A stretch of DNA of 64,000 nt from an uncultured Candidatus Saccharibacteria bacterium (lineage in GTDB: Bacteria; Patescibacteriota; Saccharimonadia; Saccharimonadales; UBA4665): contig CAZBQZ010000003.1 of assembly GCA_964494495.1 (NCBI GenBank), positions 6,900 through 70,899 on the forward strand, written 5' to 3'. Below, piece by piece: positions 19,978-29,963 of the stretch. Positions within the stretch are counted from its first letter, which is position 1; each line of letters starts with the position of its first letter. A model generated the notes under the pieces. That model made no database searches. It was given only the letters and a program-made list of their open reading frames with translations, and was not told the origin of the DNA. The position numbers and the translations under genes are program-made.

Positions 19978-21253
19978 CACGATACTAGTTCGCCGCGCAT
20001 TGCGCGTAGCCAACACGTGGCTAGCCCAGCATCAAACTATAACCACAGTTGGCACATTTCTTCTGTGTGCATTATTGCTTTTCTCGCGGCGGCCAGATAC
20101 CATAACCAACGCGCAGTTCTGGGCAGAGGATGGAGCAGTCTGGTATACCGATGGGTACGATGTTGGCCTAACACAAACTATTTTTCGTACCTATGCCGGA
20201 TACCTAGCCGTCATGCATCGCCTTGTTGCGGCAGGAGCAGCACTGCTGCCGTTCCATTTTGCTCCCCTTATATTCAATATCCTTGGGTTACTCTTCTTGT
20301 TGTTGCCGGTAATACTTATTGTTAGTAAACGGTTCGCTGCCATTATCCCCTACCGCCTACTGGCCATAGCAATCGCAGTTATATATGTAGGCATCATGAA
20401 CAACGACGAGATTGTTGGAAACCTAGCAAATATACAATGGTCGCTAACTCTATTGGCTTTTTTGATAATCATTGCTAAACCCAGCCAGGAATTACGCTGG
20501 CGTATTTTTGACGGGGCTGCGCTTATTGCCGCCGGATTATCCGGCCCCTCGGTCATATTGCTAACTCCTATCGCCCTTTACGTTTGGTGGCGCACAAAAG
20601 ATAAGCAAAATAAAATGCAGGCCATTATTTTAGGTTGTGTGTCGTTTGTTCAAGTTGCCGCACTTACCGTAATTAGTCATTATCCGCGCGTTGGTGCGCA
20701 AAGCGATGCCAACATGCAAGATTTTGTGCGCATGCTGGTGGGGCAAATATTTGCAGGTGGACTATTGGGCGTCAAATATATTACTTACTATTACAATCAC
20801 CATCACGTTATGTACCTGCTGGCGTGTATTGGTATTAGCCTTGTGGTGTATGCGGCAATAACTGGTCCGCGCTGGCTGAGGCTCTTTAGCGTCTACTGGC
20901 CGCTCCTAGTGATAAGCATGCTATACTCGCAGCGTCCCGTTCCAGGGGCAAATATCTGGCACGGGCTTACCAACCAGTTTGGTGGCCAGCGGTATTGGTT
21001 CGTGCCAATCGTTGGCTGGGTTGCTACAGTATTGTGGATAGCGCTTGCTGCTCCGCACAAAATCATGCGCCTTGTGGGATGTATACTCGTAGCGCTCCTA
21101 CTTGTTGTAGGTATCGGGCAAAACTGGCGTATTGCACCGCTGCCGGACTTGCACTTTCAGCACTATGCCAGACACTTCGAGAAGCTTCCAAAAGGAACTA
21201 AATACACGCTGCCCATCAACCCTGGGTGGCAAATGACCTTATATAAAAAGTAG
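19964..21253 (+). CDS. Polytopic membrane protein, GT-C/GtrII-like; paralog of the C-terminal half of the upstream gene (start uncertain, TTG 19964 or ATG 19925)
   Basis: SRRPDTITNAQFWAEDG, YAGYL, NLANIQW, LSGP, GGQRYW and PINPGW are shared or closely matched with the upstream protein. Confidence 0.78.
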   Translation: MSKNNTILVRRALRVANTWLAQHQTITTVGTFLLCALLLFSRRPDTITNAQFWAEDGAVWYTDGYDVGLTQTIFRTYAGYLAVMHRLVAAGAALLPFHFAPLIFNILGLLFLLLPVILIVSKRFAAIIPYRLLAIAIAVIYVGIMNNDEIVGNLANIQWSLTLLAFLIIIAKPSQELRWRIFDGAALIAAGLSGPSVILLTPIALYVWWRTKDKQNKMQAIILGCVSFVQVAALTVISHYPRVGAQSDANMQDFVRMLVGQIFAGGLLGVKYITYYYNHHHVMYLLACIGISLVVYAAITGPRWLRLFSVYWPLLVISMLYSQRPVPGANIWHGLTNQFGGQRYWFVPIVGWVATVLWIALAAPHKIMRLVGCILVALLLVVGIGQNWRIAPLPDLHFQHYARHFEKLPKGTKYTLPINPGWQMTLYKK

Positions 21254-21270
21254 ATAAAAAATGGGCGTTG

Positions 21271-21909
21271 CTACTTCTCAAAGATGAGAAATGTTTGTTT
21301 ACCCATAATGCGCCACAAAAAGGGAAGCTTAAGGTATATCTTTACAAATGTTGCCTTAGCCGGGTAGCGACTTTGGGTAGTAAAGGGCACAAACCGCAAA
21401 ATACGTTTTTTGAGGCTAAAACCCAACGCCACAAAGGCTTCTTCGAGTGCGCGGTCGTCAATAGGGGTAATGTGGTCAAAAAACATCCAGTAATCCCTGC
21501 TCGCAAAACGAATGTTTGGCTGAAGAATCAAAACCTGGCCGCCAGGACGAAGCACGCGCTTAAACTCGTTGAGTGTTTTTACAATATCGTCGTGAGTAAT
21601 GTGCTCGAAGAAATTACTAACAAAAACCTTGTCGACGCTTTTGGCTGGCAAGGAAAGCTTGGTCGAATTGTCTAGCAAAAACGTCACATCCTTGCCGACA
21701 TATTTTTTGGAATCTTTGTTGATGTCGGCAGCGTACTTCTTCTTGCACACGACAGTGTTAATAAACTCACCGTAGCCGCACGGCACATCTAGCACCACAT
21801 CATTAGGGTCGACAAACTGTTGAAAGAACTCTTTTGTTAGTATGGTCCACAGCACTTTGCGCGTCTCTACATCACTAAAACGTTGACGATATACTTGGTC
21901 GATAATCAT
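21271..21909 (-). CDS. Class I SAM-dependent methyltransferase
   Basis: VLDVPCGYGEF, SNFFEH, RVLRPGG and DHITP motifs. Confidence 0.9.
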   Translation of the reverse strand: MIIDQVYRQRFSDVETRKVLWTILTKEFFQQFVDPNDVVLDVPCGYGEFINTVVCKKKYAADINKDSKKYVGKDVTFLLDNSTKLSLPAKSVDKVFVSNFFEHITHDDIVKTLNEFKRVLRPGGQVLILQPNIRFASRDYWMFFDHITPIDDRALEEAFVALGFSLKKRILRFVPFTTQSRYPAKATFVKIYLKLPFLWRIMGKQTFLIFEK

Positions 21910-22003
21910 ACTACCCTCATTACTATTACAAAAGCCTCTGTAGCCATGCGTCGGCTTGGCGTCTCTCTTTAATACTGGAGATTATACCAGACACTCGCCT
22001 CAC

Positions 22004-23389
22004 CTACACGCCACCCCAATGAATGCTTCGCAGGTACTCTAGCCGCTTCCATACAACTTCTTGGTTGGGGTAAAGCTTTAGCAGGCACGGGTCAGTCTCT
22101 TTGGCTGCTATATGGGCACATTGTTGCACGCCGTGTAGGTATACCGACTGCTGGCGCATCTGAATAATACCCTTGGGATAGTTGATGATTATGCCCTCTA
22201 GAAGCAGAGTAAGAGTAATGACCGCCAGGTATCGGCCTGCTACCGCCACCCTTTTGGGCGTAGCCGAACGTCGTAGCGTAACTTCGATAATCTTAAACAG
22301 CATCACAATAAACGCGATAAGCAAATACAGCGACAATGTCGTATAACGGCTAGAGTACGCTTGCTCTACGCCAAGCCCCAAGCGCGACATATCGGTGGTA
22401 ACAGCGGCGATGCAGGCGTACAGCGCTAGGCATATCCAGGGGAGCATGCTGGTGCTGAACTCCTTGCGATAGTAGCGCCACATATAAACCGAGCCGGCAA
22501 TAATTGCTGCTATATATAAAACCGCTACTTTTACCGATAGCAAAAAATCGGTCACTACCGGCCGGGCAATGTAGACCAACAGGTAGTGCACAAATGGGCC
22601 AGGTTCGTGCAAGAAGAGCGTCTTAGATGGCTGATACGTTGGATTGTGATACCCAATATAATGAATACCGACAAAAAGTGCGGCCAAGCCAAGCCACAGC
22701 CACACCATGCGGCGCATATCTTTGCGCACTAAAAAGATGGGGATACATATAAGCCACACAAACATACCGCTGGCCAACGAATACGTTGCCAGTACTGCAC
22801 CAGCCGCCGCAACAAACACACGACACAGTAACGAAGCCTGCTTCCAGGTTGTAAGCGCCCACACTGCAATAATTAAGCCCGCGATGTTTAGGTACCATTG
22901 TATTTGCCAGCCCCATAGCCAATCTTCCCATGCAAGGGGAGAGAAAAACACAAGACTGCTTACTAACAACGCCCCGGCGCGTAACCAAACATTAGTAAAT
23001 GTACGGCGCAAAATAGCGTACAAAAATCCAAAGCTAACGGCGGCTACAATCACGCCAAAGGCCACCTCGAATAGCGTATTCCAGTGCGTTAACCAAGCCA
23101 AAGTAAACATTACCAAACGCGGAAAGAAGATGCGGTGTTCGTTATGCTGGGCAAAAAAATCAGCAAACCCCAAAGTGCCGGTATGATACTTTTGAATGAG
23201 CGTTACAAACTCCCACTGATCCCAAAACGGCACATTTACTGCGTAATGTGCAACAAGGGCAATCAAAAGCAGCAGCGGCACACCGGCCGCCCCAACTATC
23301 CACAATTCGCGCTTATGGGTACGCGCAAATCGCGGCACGGTCTCTGGCAAAGCCTGCAGCCTGGTCATTAATCGATTGACTATATCCAT
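22004..23389 (-). CDS. Polytopic membrane protein, GT-C-like
   Basis: NVPFWDQW acidic motif in the first extracytoplasmic loop, QHNEHRI and SSRY; about 11 TM segments. Confidence 0.65.
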   Translation of the reverse strand: MDIVNRLMTRLQALPETVPRFARTHKRELWIVGAAGVPLLLLIALVAHYAVNVPFWDQWEFVTLIQKYHTGTLGFADFFAQHNEHRIFFPRLVMFTLAWLTHWNTLFEVAFGVIVAAVSFGFLYAILRRTFTNVWLRAGALLVSSLVFFSPLAWEDWLWGWQIQWYLNIAGLIIAVWALTTWKQASLLCRVFVAAAGAVLATYSLASGMFVWLICIPIFLVRKDMRRMVWLWLGLAALFVGIHYIGYHNPTYQPSKTLFLHEPGPFVHYLLVYIARPVVTDFLLSVKVAVLYIAAIIAGSVYMWRYYRKEFSTSMLPWICLALYACIAAVTTDMSRLGLGVEQAYSSRYTTLSLYLLIAFIVMLFKIIEVTLRRSATPKRVAVAGRYLAVITLTLLLEGIIINYPKGIIQMRQQSVYLHGVQQCAHIAAKETDPCLLKLYPNQEVVWKRLEYLRSIHWGGV

Positions 23390-23502
23390 GCGTGCACCCT
23401 CTACAGTTCTTTACGATAGTATTAGTAGTTTTTTAGTACGAAACAGTATAGAATTACAGTCCGACCATTAACATAAGCGCTAAATCATGATACGGTAGTA
23501 AT

Positions 23503-24060
23503 ATGTCACGTACTATAAGACAAAAACGATCACAAAAAAAGACTTGGTTATGGATTTTGCCACTTCTTGTTGCGGCTACACTTATCGTCGCAGTATGCAT
23601 AACCGTGCGCCACCACCGCGACGAACAAATTGCCAAGACGTCTACAAATCCTATTGTTAAGCAAGAAAATAAAATAAACTACTTGCCTCCATCCAAAGAC
23701 GAACAGCAGACAAGTAACCAACAAAAAGACGACATCGTAAACGGCACCAGCACGCCAGTTAACAACTCTTTGGGCATTACTATCACACGAGTATTTCAGG
23801 ATACGTCTGGTGCCAATATTCGTACCGTCGTCAGCGGAACAACTACCGGCACATGCGAGGCCACCTTTAGCAAGGCAGGGCAAGCCAATATCGTCAAGAG
23901 CTTCCCGGTTGTCTTTGATGCAACAACCGCCGGATGTCAAAACACGCCAGTGGGGCTAAACGAATTCCCCGTTGGCGGCGATTGGAATATTCAAATTATT
24001 ATTAAAAAAGATGCTTCCCAATCTCCTGCCGCTTCAAGCACTATAACTATTACCAAATAA
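23503..24060 (+). CDS. Membrane-anchored protein: basic N-tail, single TM, polar linker, C-terminal Ig-like beta domain with a Cys pair
   Basis: Hydropathy pattern; beta-strand alternation and GTCEATF...GCQ. Confidence 0.75.
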   Translation: MSRTIRQKRSQKKTWLWILPLLVAATLIVAVCITVRHHRDEQIAKTSTNPIVKQENKINYLPPSKDEQQTSNQQKDDIVNGTSTPVNNSLGITITRVFQDTSGANIRTVVSGTTTGTCEATFSKAGQANIVKSFPVVFDATTAGCQNTPVGLNEFPVGGDWNIQIIIKKDASQSPAASSTITITK

Positions 24061-24064
24061 CACT

Positions 24065-26497
24065 ATGAACATGCCTCGCGCCATACCTCATAGCACTCGG
24101 TTTCGCGTCCTTGCTGTTATTGCACTGATGCTCGTATGCTGCGGGTTGTATGTGAGGCCGGTACATGCCGTAACGGCAGGCGACTGGCAGGCCGGCAATG
24201 TCATAGACGATGTCGTGTTTTATAACACCACAAGCATGAACGTTAGCCAGGTGCAGCAATTCTTAAACGCCAAGGTACCTGTTTGCGACAACTGGGGGAC
24301 CCAACCTTATGGTGGCACAACACGCCGAGCATACTCCGAAGCTCATGGCGTCAGTTTTCCGCTTACGTGCCTTAAAGACTACTACGAAAACCCTACAACC
24401 CATGCCAATAACCTCAATGGCCAGCCTGTCCCATCGGGAGGTATTAGCGCTGCCCAAATAATCGTCAACGTTTCGCAGCAGTTTAATATCAACCCCCAGG
24501 TGCTTATTGCCACACTCCAAAAAGAAGAAGCCATTGTGCTAGACGATTGGCCCTGGCCATCGCAATTTAAAACGGCAATGGGGTATGGTTGCCCAGATAC
24601 TGCCGCTTGCGACAGCCAATATTTTGGATTTTATAATCAGGTTTACAATGCGGCACGCCAGTTCCGACAATATGCAACATCCCCAAATAGTTTTAACTAC
24701 GTGCCCGGACAAAATAACCGTATTTTATTTAACCCAAACGCTTCTTGTGGCAGTACGACTGTCTACATTCAAAATATGGCCACTGCATCGCTCTACGACT
24801 ACACCCCCTACCAGCCAAACCAAGCTGCGTTAAACAACCTGTCGGGCAGTGGCGACAGTTGCTCGGCATATGGAAACCGTAACTTTTGGAAATATTTTAA
24901 CGACTGGTTTGGCAGCACCCGCACCAACGCCAAATGGCTAAGGCAATCTACGGCAAACGGACAAGTCTGGCTGGTTGTTGAAGGCTTGTTGAGCGATGGC
25001 AGCTACTCGCGCAAAAAGTGGCGGCTCACTACTCCCGAAGTCTACGTAGCGTACAACATACAATACGAGCCAGTTGCGCTTGTATCCGAAGAGTATCTTT
25101 CGCAATATACAGACGATGGCACGCTCGGTACTATTGCCACTAGTAAAAGCTACTCCGAGTTTCAGTTCTTTGATAGTGGGCGGCGCTACTACATACCGGG
25201 CATTGATTACTGCGCCAAAAATATGGATGGCTCGCCCAATACCAATACCAGCTGGGGTTTTGATTGCTTTAACACCAACGTGGTCAAGGTTATTCCTGGC
25301 AACGAATTCCTAGAGCGTATTCCAGGGGCTGGCGCGGTACCGCCGCTCCTGACAAGCGGTAACATTACCTACAAATTGCAGGGCGGCAAAAAACTACCGC
25401 TCTACGACCAGCAGACTATGTTTTCGCTTGGCTACAAGACCTCGGACGCAGTGCATATGGAAAATATCAACGCCCTTCAGCCCGTTGGGCCACTGGTAGT
25501 AACCCACTCAACCGTTGTGTCGTTTAATGGCGGCCCTTTCCTACTCTTCGATAGCGCGACAAACACGTACTATAACGTTGGTAGCTACGATACATTCAGC
25601 GCCTGGTCGCTCAATAAGGTCGCTAATCCGAACCCGCCTGCATCTTCGTACAATACAGCACCGCCAACAGTCAGTGGAACGGCACTTGGCATCTGGCAAA
25701 CCGACGGCACTCATAAATATATTGTCGACGCTGGGCGCAAAGTGGACGTGACATCACTGGGCTCCGACCTACCGAGCGTTACCTGGCAGTCGCTTGCCCC
25801 GGACATTCTTGGTCAATTACCAACAGCAATCAATAGCAACTATGTATGGGACTCTCAAACCGGCGGCGTTTACCTGCTAGAGAATGGCGTTAAGCGGCAT
25901 GTGCCCAGCTGGAATAACTTTGTTGGCCTTGGGCTGGTATTTCCGCAGCTTTTGCCCCTACAGCATTCCACGCTGGCCCAAATACCTGACGGCAAAGACA
26001 AGCTGGCCGAGGGCGCTCTCTTTCAGACCAATGCCGGCGTCTTTATGGTGGATGGTAACGGCAGTTGGCATATTCCAACATACCCCTTCTTTAAAGACTT
26101 TAGCCTAAATGTGGACGATATAGACTACAGCAATACGATCGGTACAGTATACCCCAGCCATGGCGAATTAAGCACAATGGTTAGCGACGGCACCAACAAG
26201 TACCTGTTTAATAATGGGCAACGGCTGCCGTTGTCGGCCACCACGATGAGCGACTGGGGCGTACCCGCCGGCTCGTTTGTGCAACTTGGTAATAATGACG
26301 TCTTGCGGTTGCCGACCGGCAAAGCATTGGGCAAATTCTTCTTACACAATGGCGGCGTATACTACGGTAGCGGTGGCCAAAAGCATTACGTACAGACCTT
26401 CAGTAGCTTTGCCGCATTGGGTGGCGACATGGGCAACTTACCAGCTGTGTCAGACGACTTCTTTAACGCATTACCCTCTGGCGCAAACATCCCATAG
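24065..26497 (+). CDS. Secreted protein: signal peptide, N-terminal putative lysozyme-like/'hemagglutinin-like' domain, C-terminal tandem beta-hairpin repeats
   Basis: Signal peptide ends near VHA. Domain with INPQVLIATLQKEE, AMGYGCPDT, GFYNQV and YDYTPYQPN; about 9 degenerate repeats such as GGVYLLENGVKRHVPSWNNFVGLG. Confidence 0.75.
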   Translation: MNMPRAIPHSTRFRVLAVIALMLVCCGLYVRPVHAVTAGDWQAGNVIDDVVFYNTTSMNVSQVQQFLNAKVPVCDNWGTQPYGGTTRRAYSEAHGVSFPLTCLKDYYENPTTHANNLNGQPVPSGGISAAQIIVNVSQQFNINPQVLIATLQKEEAIVLDDWPWPSQFKTAMGYGCPDTAACDSQYFGFYNQVYNAARQFRQYATSPNSFNYVPGQNNRILFNPNASCGSTTVYIQNMATASLYDYTPYQPNQAALNNLSGSGDSCSAYGNRNFWKYFNDWFGSTRTNAKWLRQSTANGQVWLVVEGLLSDGSYSRKKWRLTTPEVYVAYNIQYEPVALVSEEYLSQYTDDGTLGTIATSKSYSEFQFFDSGRRYYIPGIDYCAKNMDGSPNTNTSWGFDCFNTNVVKVIPGNEFLERIPGAGAVPPLLTSGNITYKLQGGKKLPLYDQQTMFSLGYKTSDAVHMENINALQPVGPLVVTHSTVVSFNGGPFLLFDSATNTYYNVGSYDTFSAWSLNKVANPNPPASSYNTAPPTVSGTALGIWQTDGTHKYIVDAGRKVDVTSLGSDLPSVTWQSLAPDILGQLPTAINSNYVWDSQTGGVYLLENGVKRHVPSWNNFVGLGLVFPQLLPLQHSTLAQIPDGKDKLAEGALFQTNAGVFMVDGNGSWHIPTYPFFKDFSLNVDDIDYSNTIGTVYPSHGELSTMVSDGTNKYLFNNGQRLPLSATTMSDWGVPAGSFVQLGNNDVLRLPTGKALGKFFLHNGGVYYGSGGQKHYVQTFSSFAALGGDMGNLPAVSDDFFNALPSGANIP

Positions 26498-26507
26498 AAG
26501 ACGCGTT

Positions 26508-27944
26508 TTATACGTAAAAGCGATGCAGTAAGGTTAGTATACTACCGCCAAGGACTAGCCCAATTCCACACAATACAGCCACCTTTGGGCTAAATCGTCC
26601 CAAACCACGAACCTCGTACAGCCCATGCACAGCCAGTAGAATTAATGGCGCCACCATAAGATAGTATCGGCCCTGTATGCCTATTAACGCGGTACCGCCA
26701 AGCGAGTTCCAGTACATATACAAAAGTAGGTCTATAGTGCAAAACAAAGCCAGCGCTAACGCTAGCAATACCAGGCGTTGCGTTTTTCCCAAGCGCAACC
26801 GTATAGCGCCCATCGGTAGTGCGATTGCCAGAGTTGCAAAATAGGCCAACACCGCCCACAACGGCATTGCTGTATCGAGCCAACCAAAGACGCCAACAAA
26901 CTCGTAAATATTATTGTCGCCACCCAAAACATGCGTCGCAAAAACCGTATGCGCGTACCGAACAGGGTGGTGCAGCACAAAAGATAGCTGAGCATTAGGG
27001 GTAATAACTCTGTCGATCAAAAAAGGCGACTGTATATACGAATGCTGCGAAACCACATACCAGCAGCTAAACAACACCATAAACGCGGCAAGAATACTGG
27101 CCACATATTGCCACCGCATTCGCTTGTTACCAAACCTACTACCTGGAACAAACAAAAACAACAGGCCTACCAGAGCGTACGGCTGCTTGATGAGCCCAGA
27201 AATAAATACGAGCGCCGCCGTTAGTATCCATTCGCGCCTTGTTATATCGCCTTTGGTCAGACACATTCGCACAAACCAAGCAGGCAATAACAAACAAAAA
27301 CCTAGGGTCACTGCATCTGCAGAGAGTGAAGCCCCCTGAAAAATTGCCATAGGTGCTAGTGCCACAACCAAAAAAGCCCACTTTCCTATCAATGTAGTCC
27401 GTATGGCCCAATACGCCAGTGCCAGCCAAGCCACAAGCGTACATATACGCCCAACGTAAAACAAAACGAGCACCGACGAATCAAACAAGCGAGCTACCGC
27501 TATACCAACAGCTGCTGGCACATACGCCAGCGGTGAGTACAGCGCTGTATTCTCGAAATGAATAGGAGCTTTTTGGGCGCGATTAAGCGGCACATCCATA
27601 ATAGCTTTGGTCTGTGAAAATGACGCCCGGTGACTTTGAATAATCTCGGGGGTTGTCATTTTATTGGCTGTCGCTAGCAGGCTTTCGGGAAGCCGTCCGC
27701 CCACACCAAATGGAATATGCTGCGATGTCAGTCCACCCTCAGAAACCTGATATGCTCGTGCAAAGTGAGCTTGCTCGTCTGGCACCTGGTATGGTGGCAC
27801 CATAAAAACAAAAAGCAACCCAATAGGTATGCCAATCAATAGAAATAGCTGCTGAGGTTGGCACGATTGCAACCAAGCCAACAACAATTTTAGCCAAACC
27901 AGAATGCTATTTGGTCTCGTGATACTCTTCTTCGGCGTTAACAT
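26508..27944 (-). CDS. DUF2142-family GT-C-like membrane protein
   Basis: [36 protein letters not shown] and GIQGRY motifs. Confidence 0.85.
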   Translation of the reverse strand: MLTPKKSITRPNSILVWLKLLLAWLQSCQPQQLFLLIGIPIGLLFVFMVPPYQVPDEQAHFARAYQVSEGGLTSQHIPFGVGGRLPESLLATANKMTTPEIIQSHRASFSQTKAIMDVPLNRAQKAPIHFENTALYSPLAYVPAAVGIAVARLFDSSVLVLFYVGRICTLVAWLALAYWAIRTTLIGKWAFLVVALAPMAIFQGASLSADAVTLGFCLLLPAWFVRMCLTKGDITRREWILTAALVFISGLIKQPYALVGLLFLFVPGSRFGNKRMRWQYVASILAAFMVLFSCWYVVSQHSYIQSPFLIDRVITPNAQLSFVLHHPVRYAHTVFATHVLGGDNNIYEFVGVFGWLDTAMPLWAVLAYFATLAIALPMGAIRLRLGKTQRLVLLALALALFCTIDLLLYMYWNSLGGTALIGIQGRYYLMVAPLILLAVHGLYEVRGLGRFSPKVAVLCGIGLVLGGSILTLLHRFYV

Positions 27945-29514
27945 GCCAAATATTCTCTTTGCTGGTTACGCCATTAATAATATTCTCAACGGCCAACATG
28001 GCAGTGAGCATAGAGTGGTCTTGGTTGTTGTAGCGGTGCAAGCCATTCCGCCCCACCAAAAATAGATTATCGATGTCGTTCAGGTAGTCCTTAATGACGT
28101 CTATTTGGTTGTAGGTTCCAAAGTATGCAGGGTAGGTCTTTTTCATGCGTATAATAACGCTGTCTTTCACATCTTTTTCGTCGATAATACCAATTTTGGC
28201 CAACTCAGAAGTAGCAAACTTTTTCATCGCATCGTCGGGGGTGTTCCAAAGTTTGTCGCCCTCGTTTACGAAGTACTCCATGCCAACCCATACAGTATTC
28301 GGATCTTTGACTAAATACGGGCTCCAGTTGTTAAAAATTTGCAGCCGTCCCACCTTTACGTCGCGTTCTTGTATATAAATCCAGTTGTCCGGTACTATAT
28401 CGTGTGGCGTTGGCGTGGCTGTCTCGTTTTTGATTTTAAGCTTGTCTAGCAATACGCCAACCGTCATAAAATCGCGGTACATAAGCCCATTGGCCACTTT
28501 TTTAACCTTAGTGGGCACTGGATCGCCCTCGAAACTATGTATTAAGTCCTTGATAGGCATGGTAGAAAAGAAATAGTCTGCCTTGTGTGTTTTTACAGCA
28601 CCCGTCTTTACGTCCCGCACTTTAACGCCAGTAATGCTTGAGCCCTTGTGAATAATACCAACTACCTCGTGGTGCAGTGTTAGCTCGCCACCCTTTTGCT
28701 TCACGATGTCGGCCACTGTCTCCCACATTTGCCCCGGCCCATATTTGGGGTACAAAAAGCGCTCAATCAAACTTGTTTCGGTCTTTTTCTGGGCAACGTC
28801 GCCGGTATTACCTTTTTTGGCAAGGCTTTTTGCCGCATGGGCAAGTGCCTTGGTAATAGACAGGCCTTTGATGCGCTGTGCGCCCCACTCGGGGCTAATT
28901 TTGCTGCAAGAGATGCCCCATACTTTTTCGGTATAGTCTTTAAAAAAGGTAAGGTATAGCTCGCGGCCAAAACGATTAATAAAGAAATCCTCGAGGGATT
29001 TCTCTGGCTTTATAGGCGACATGCGCGCCTTCATATAACTAGCGCCAATTTTGGCCATGCGTTTTGCGCCAAGAATTTTAACAGTTTGCGGATTGAGCGC
29101 TACCGGATAATCAAAAAAACTGCGCAAGTAGTAAATGCGTGATAGGCGCGACCGCACCAGCATCACGTTATCGACTTTCTCGGGGTCGGGCCCATCGTCG
29201 GGCAAATCGATGGCGCGCGTTTTGCCCTGGTATGTAATATCAACCTTACCCTCATCGGTAGGGGTGCCCTGTATGGGTAAAATATTCTTCCACCAGTCCA
29301 TAACTCGGTCGGACTTCGAGAAAAAACGGTGGCCACCAATGTCGATACGGTTGCCTTTGTAACGAACCGTCTTTGATATACCACCAATGTCACCAGAAGC
29401 CTCAAAAATAATTGGCTTGATGTTGGTTTTTTCTAAAAATTCGTACGCGGCGGTCAAGCCTGCCGGACCTGCTCCGATAATAAGAGCAGTTTGTCCCCTC
29501 TTTTTGTTCATCAC
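27907..29514 (-). CDS. FAD-dependent oxidoreductase, HemY/UDP-galactopyranose mutase-like superfamily
   Basis: GAGPAGL dinucleotide fold, [19 protein letters not shown] and [15 protein letters not shown] motifs. Confidence 0.85.
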   Translation of the reverse strand: MMNKKRGQTALIIGAGPAGLTAAYEFLEKTNIKPIIFEASGDIGGISKTVRYKGNRIDIGGHRFFSKSDRVMDWWKNILPIQGTPTDEGKVDITYQGKTRAIDLPDDGPDPEKVDNVMLVRSRLSRIYYLRSFFDYPVALNPQTVKILGAKRMAKIGASYMKARMSPIKPEKSLEDFFINRFGRELYLTFFKDYTEKVWGISCSKISPEWGAQRIKGLSITKALAHAAKSLAKKGNTGDVAQKKTETSLIERFLYPKYGPGQMWETVADIVKQKGGELTLHHEVVGIIHKGSSITGVKVRDVKTGAVKTHKADYFFSTMPIKDLIHSFEGDPVPTKVKKVANGLMYRDFMTVGVLLDKLKIKNETATPTPHDIVPDNWIYIQERDVKVGRLQIFNNWSPYLVKDPNTVWVGMEYFVNEGDKLWNTPDDAMKKFATSELAKIGIIDEKDVKDSVIIRMKKTYPAYFGTYNQIDVIKDYLNDIDNLFLVGRNGLHRYNNQDHSMLTAMLAVENIINGVTSKENIWHVNAEEEYHETK

Positions 29515-29963
29515 GCTTTATTATTAAACAAAACAAACTTACGGGCAAGAAAATTCCAGAAAAAGACAAGCGCAGTAACCACTATCTTTGATAGCAAATA
29601 ATACACGCCCAGCCCACTTGTCATAATCCACATCAATAACAGCGTAAGCAGCAGGCCAATAACACCAATGCCCAAAAATATGCCAAATTCTGCGCGCCGG
29701 CTGGTAAGGGTGCGATTAGCAAATACCCATTTGGTGCTTATGACGTAGTTTGTGGCTACACCAAGGCAAAACGAAATAGTTGCCGACACCAAGTAAAAAA
29801 CATGCAAAAACTGGGTGAGCCCAAAAAGCGTAAAAAAATCGATGACAAAAGCCACAACGGCCACTACCAGATAACGTAGCAACTGAATGCCAGTATGGTT
29901 TGCTGGGTCAGTAGCAACTTTTCGAACCAAGGCCCTATGTCGTTCGGTTATAAACCTATCCAC
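29511..29963 (-). CDS. GtrA-family flippase
   Basis: [21 protein letters not shown] and WNFLARK; four TM segments. Confidence 0.9.
   Translation of the reverse strand: MDRFITERHRALVRKVATDPANHTGIQLLRYLVVAVVAFVIDFFTLFGLTQFLHVFYLVSATISFCLGVATNYVISTKWVFANRTLTSRRAEFGIFLGIGVIGLLLTLLLMWIMTSGLGVYYLLSKIVVTALVFFWNFLARKFVLFNNKA

Noticed and set aside
26548-26560. CCAAGGACTAGCC as a third copy of the hairpin repeat
   Set aside because: Only the left arm and loop resemble it, the right arm is missing, and it lies inside a coding sequence; probably chance.
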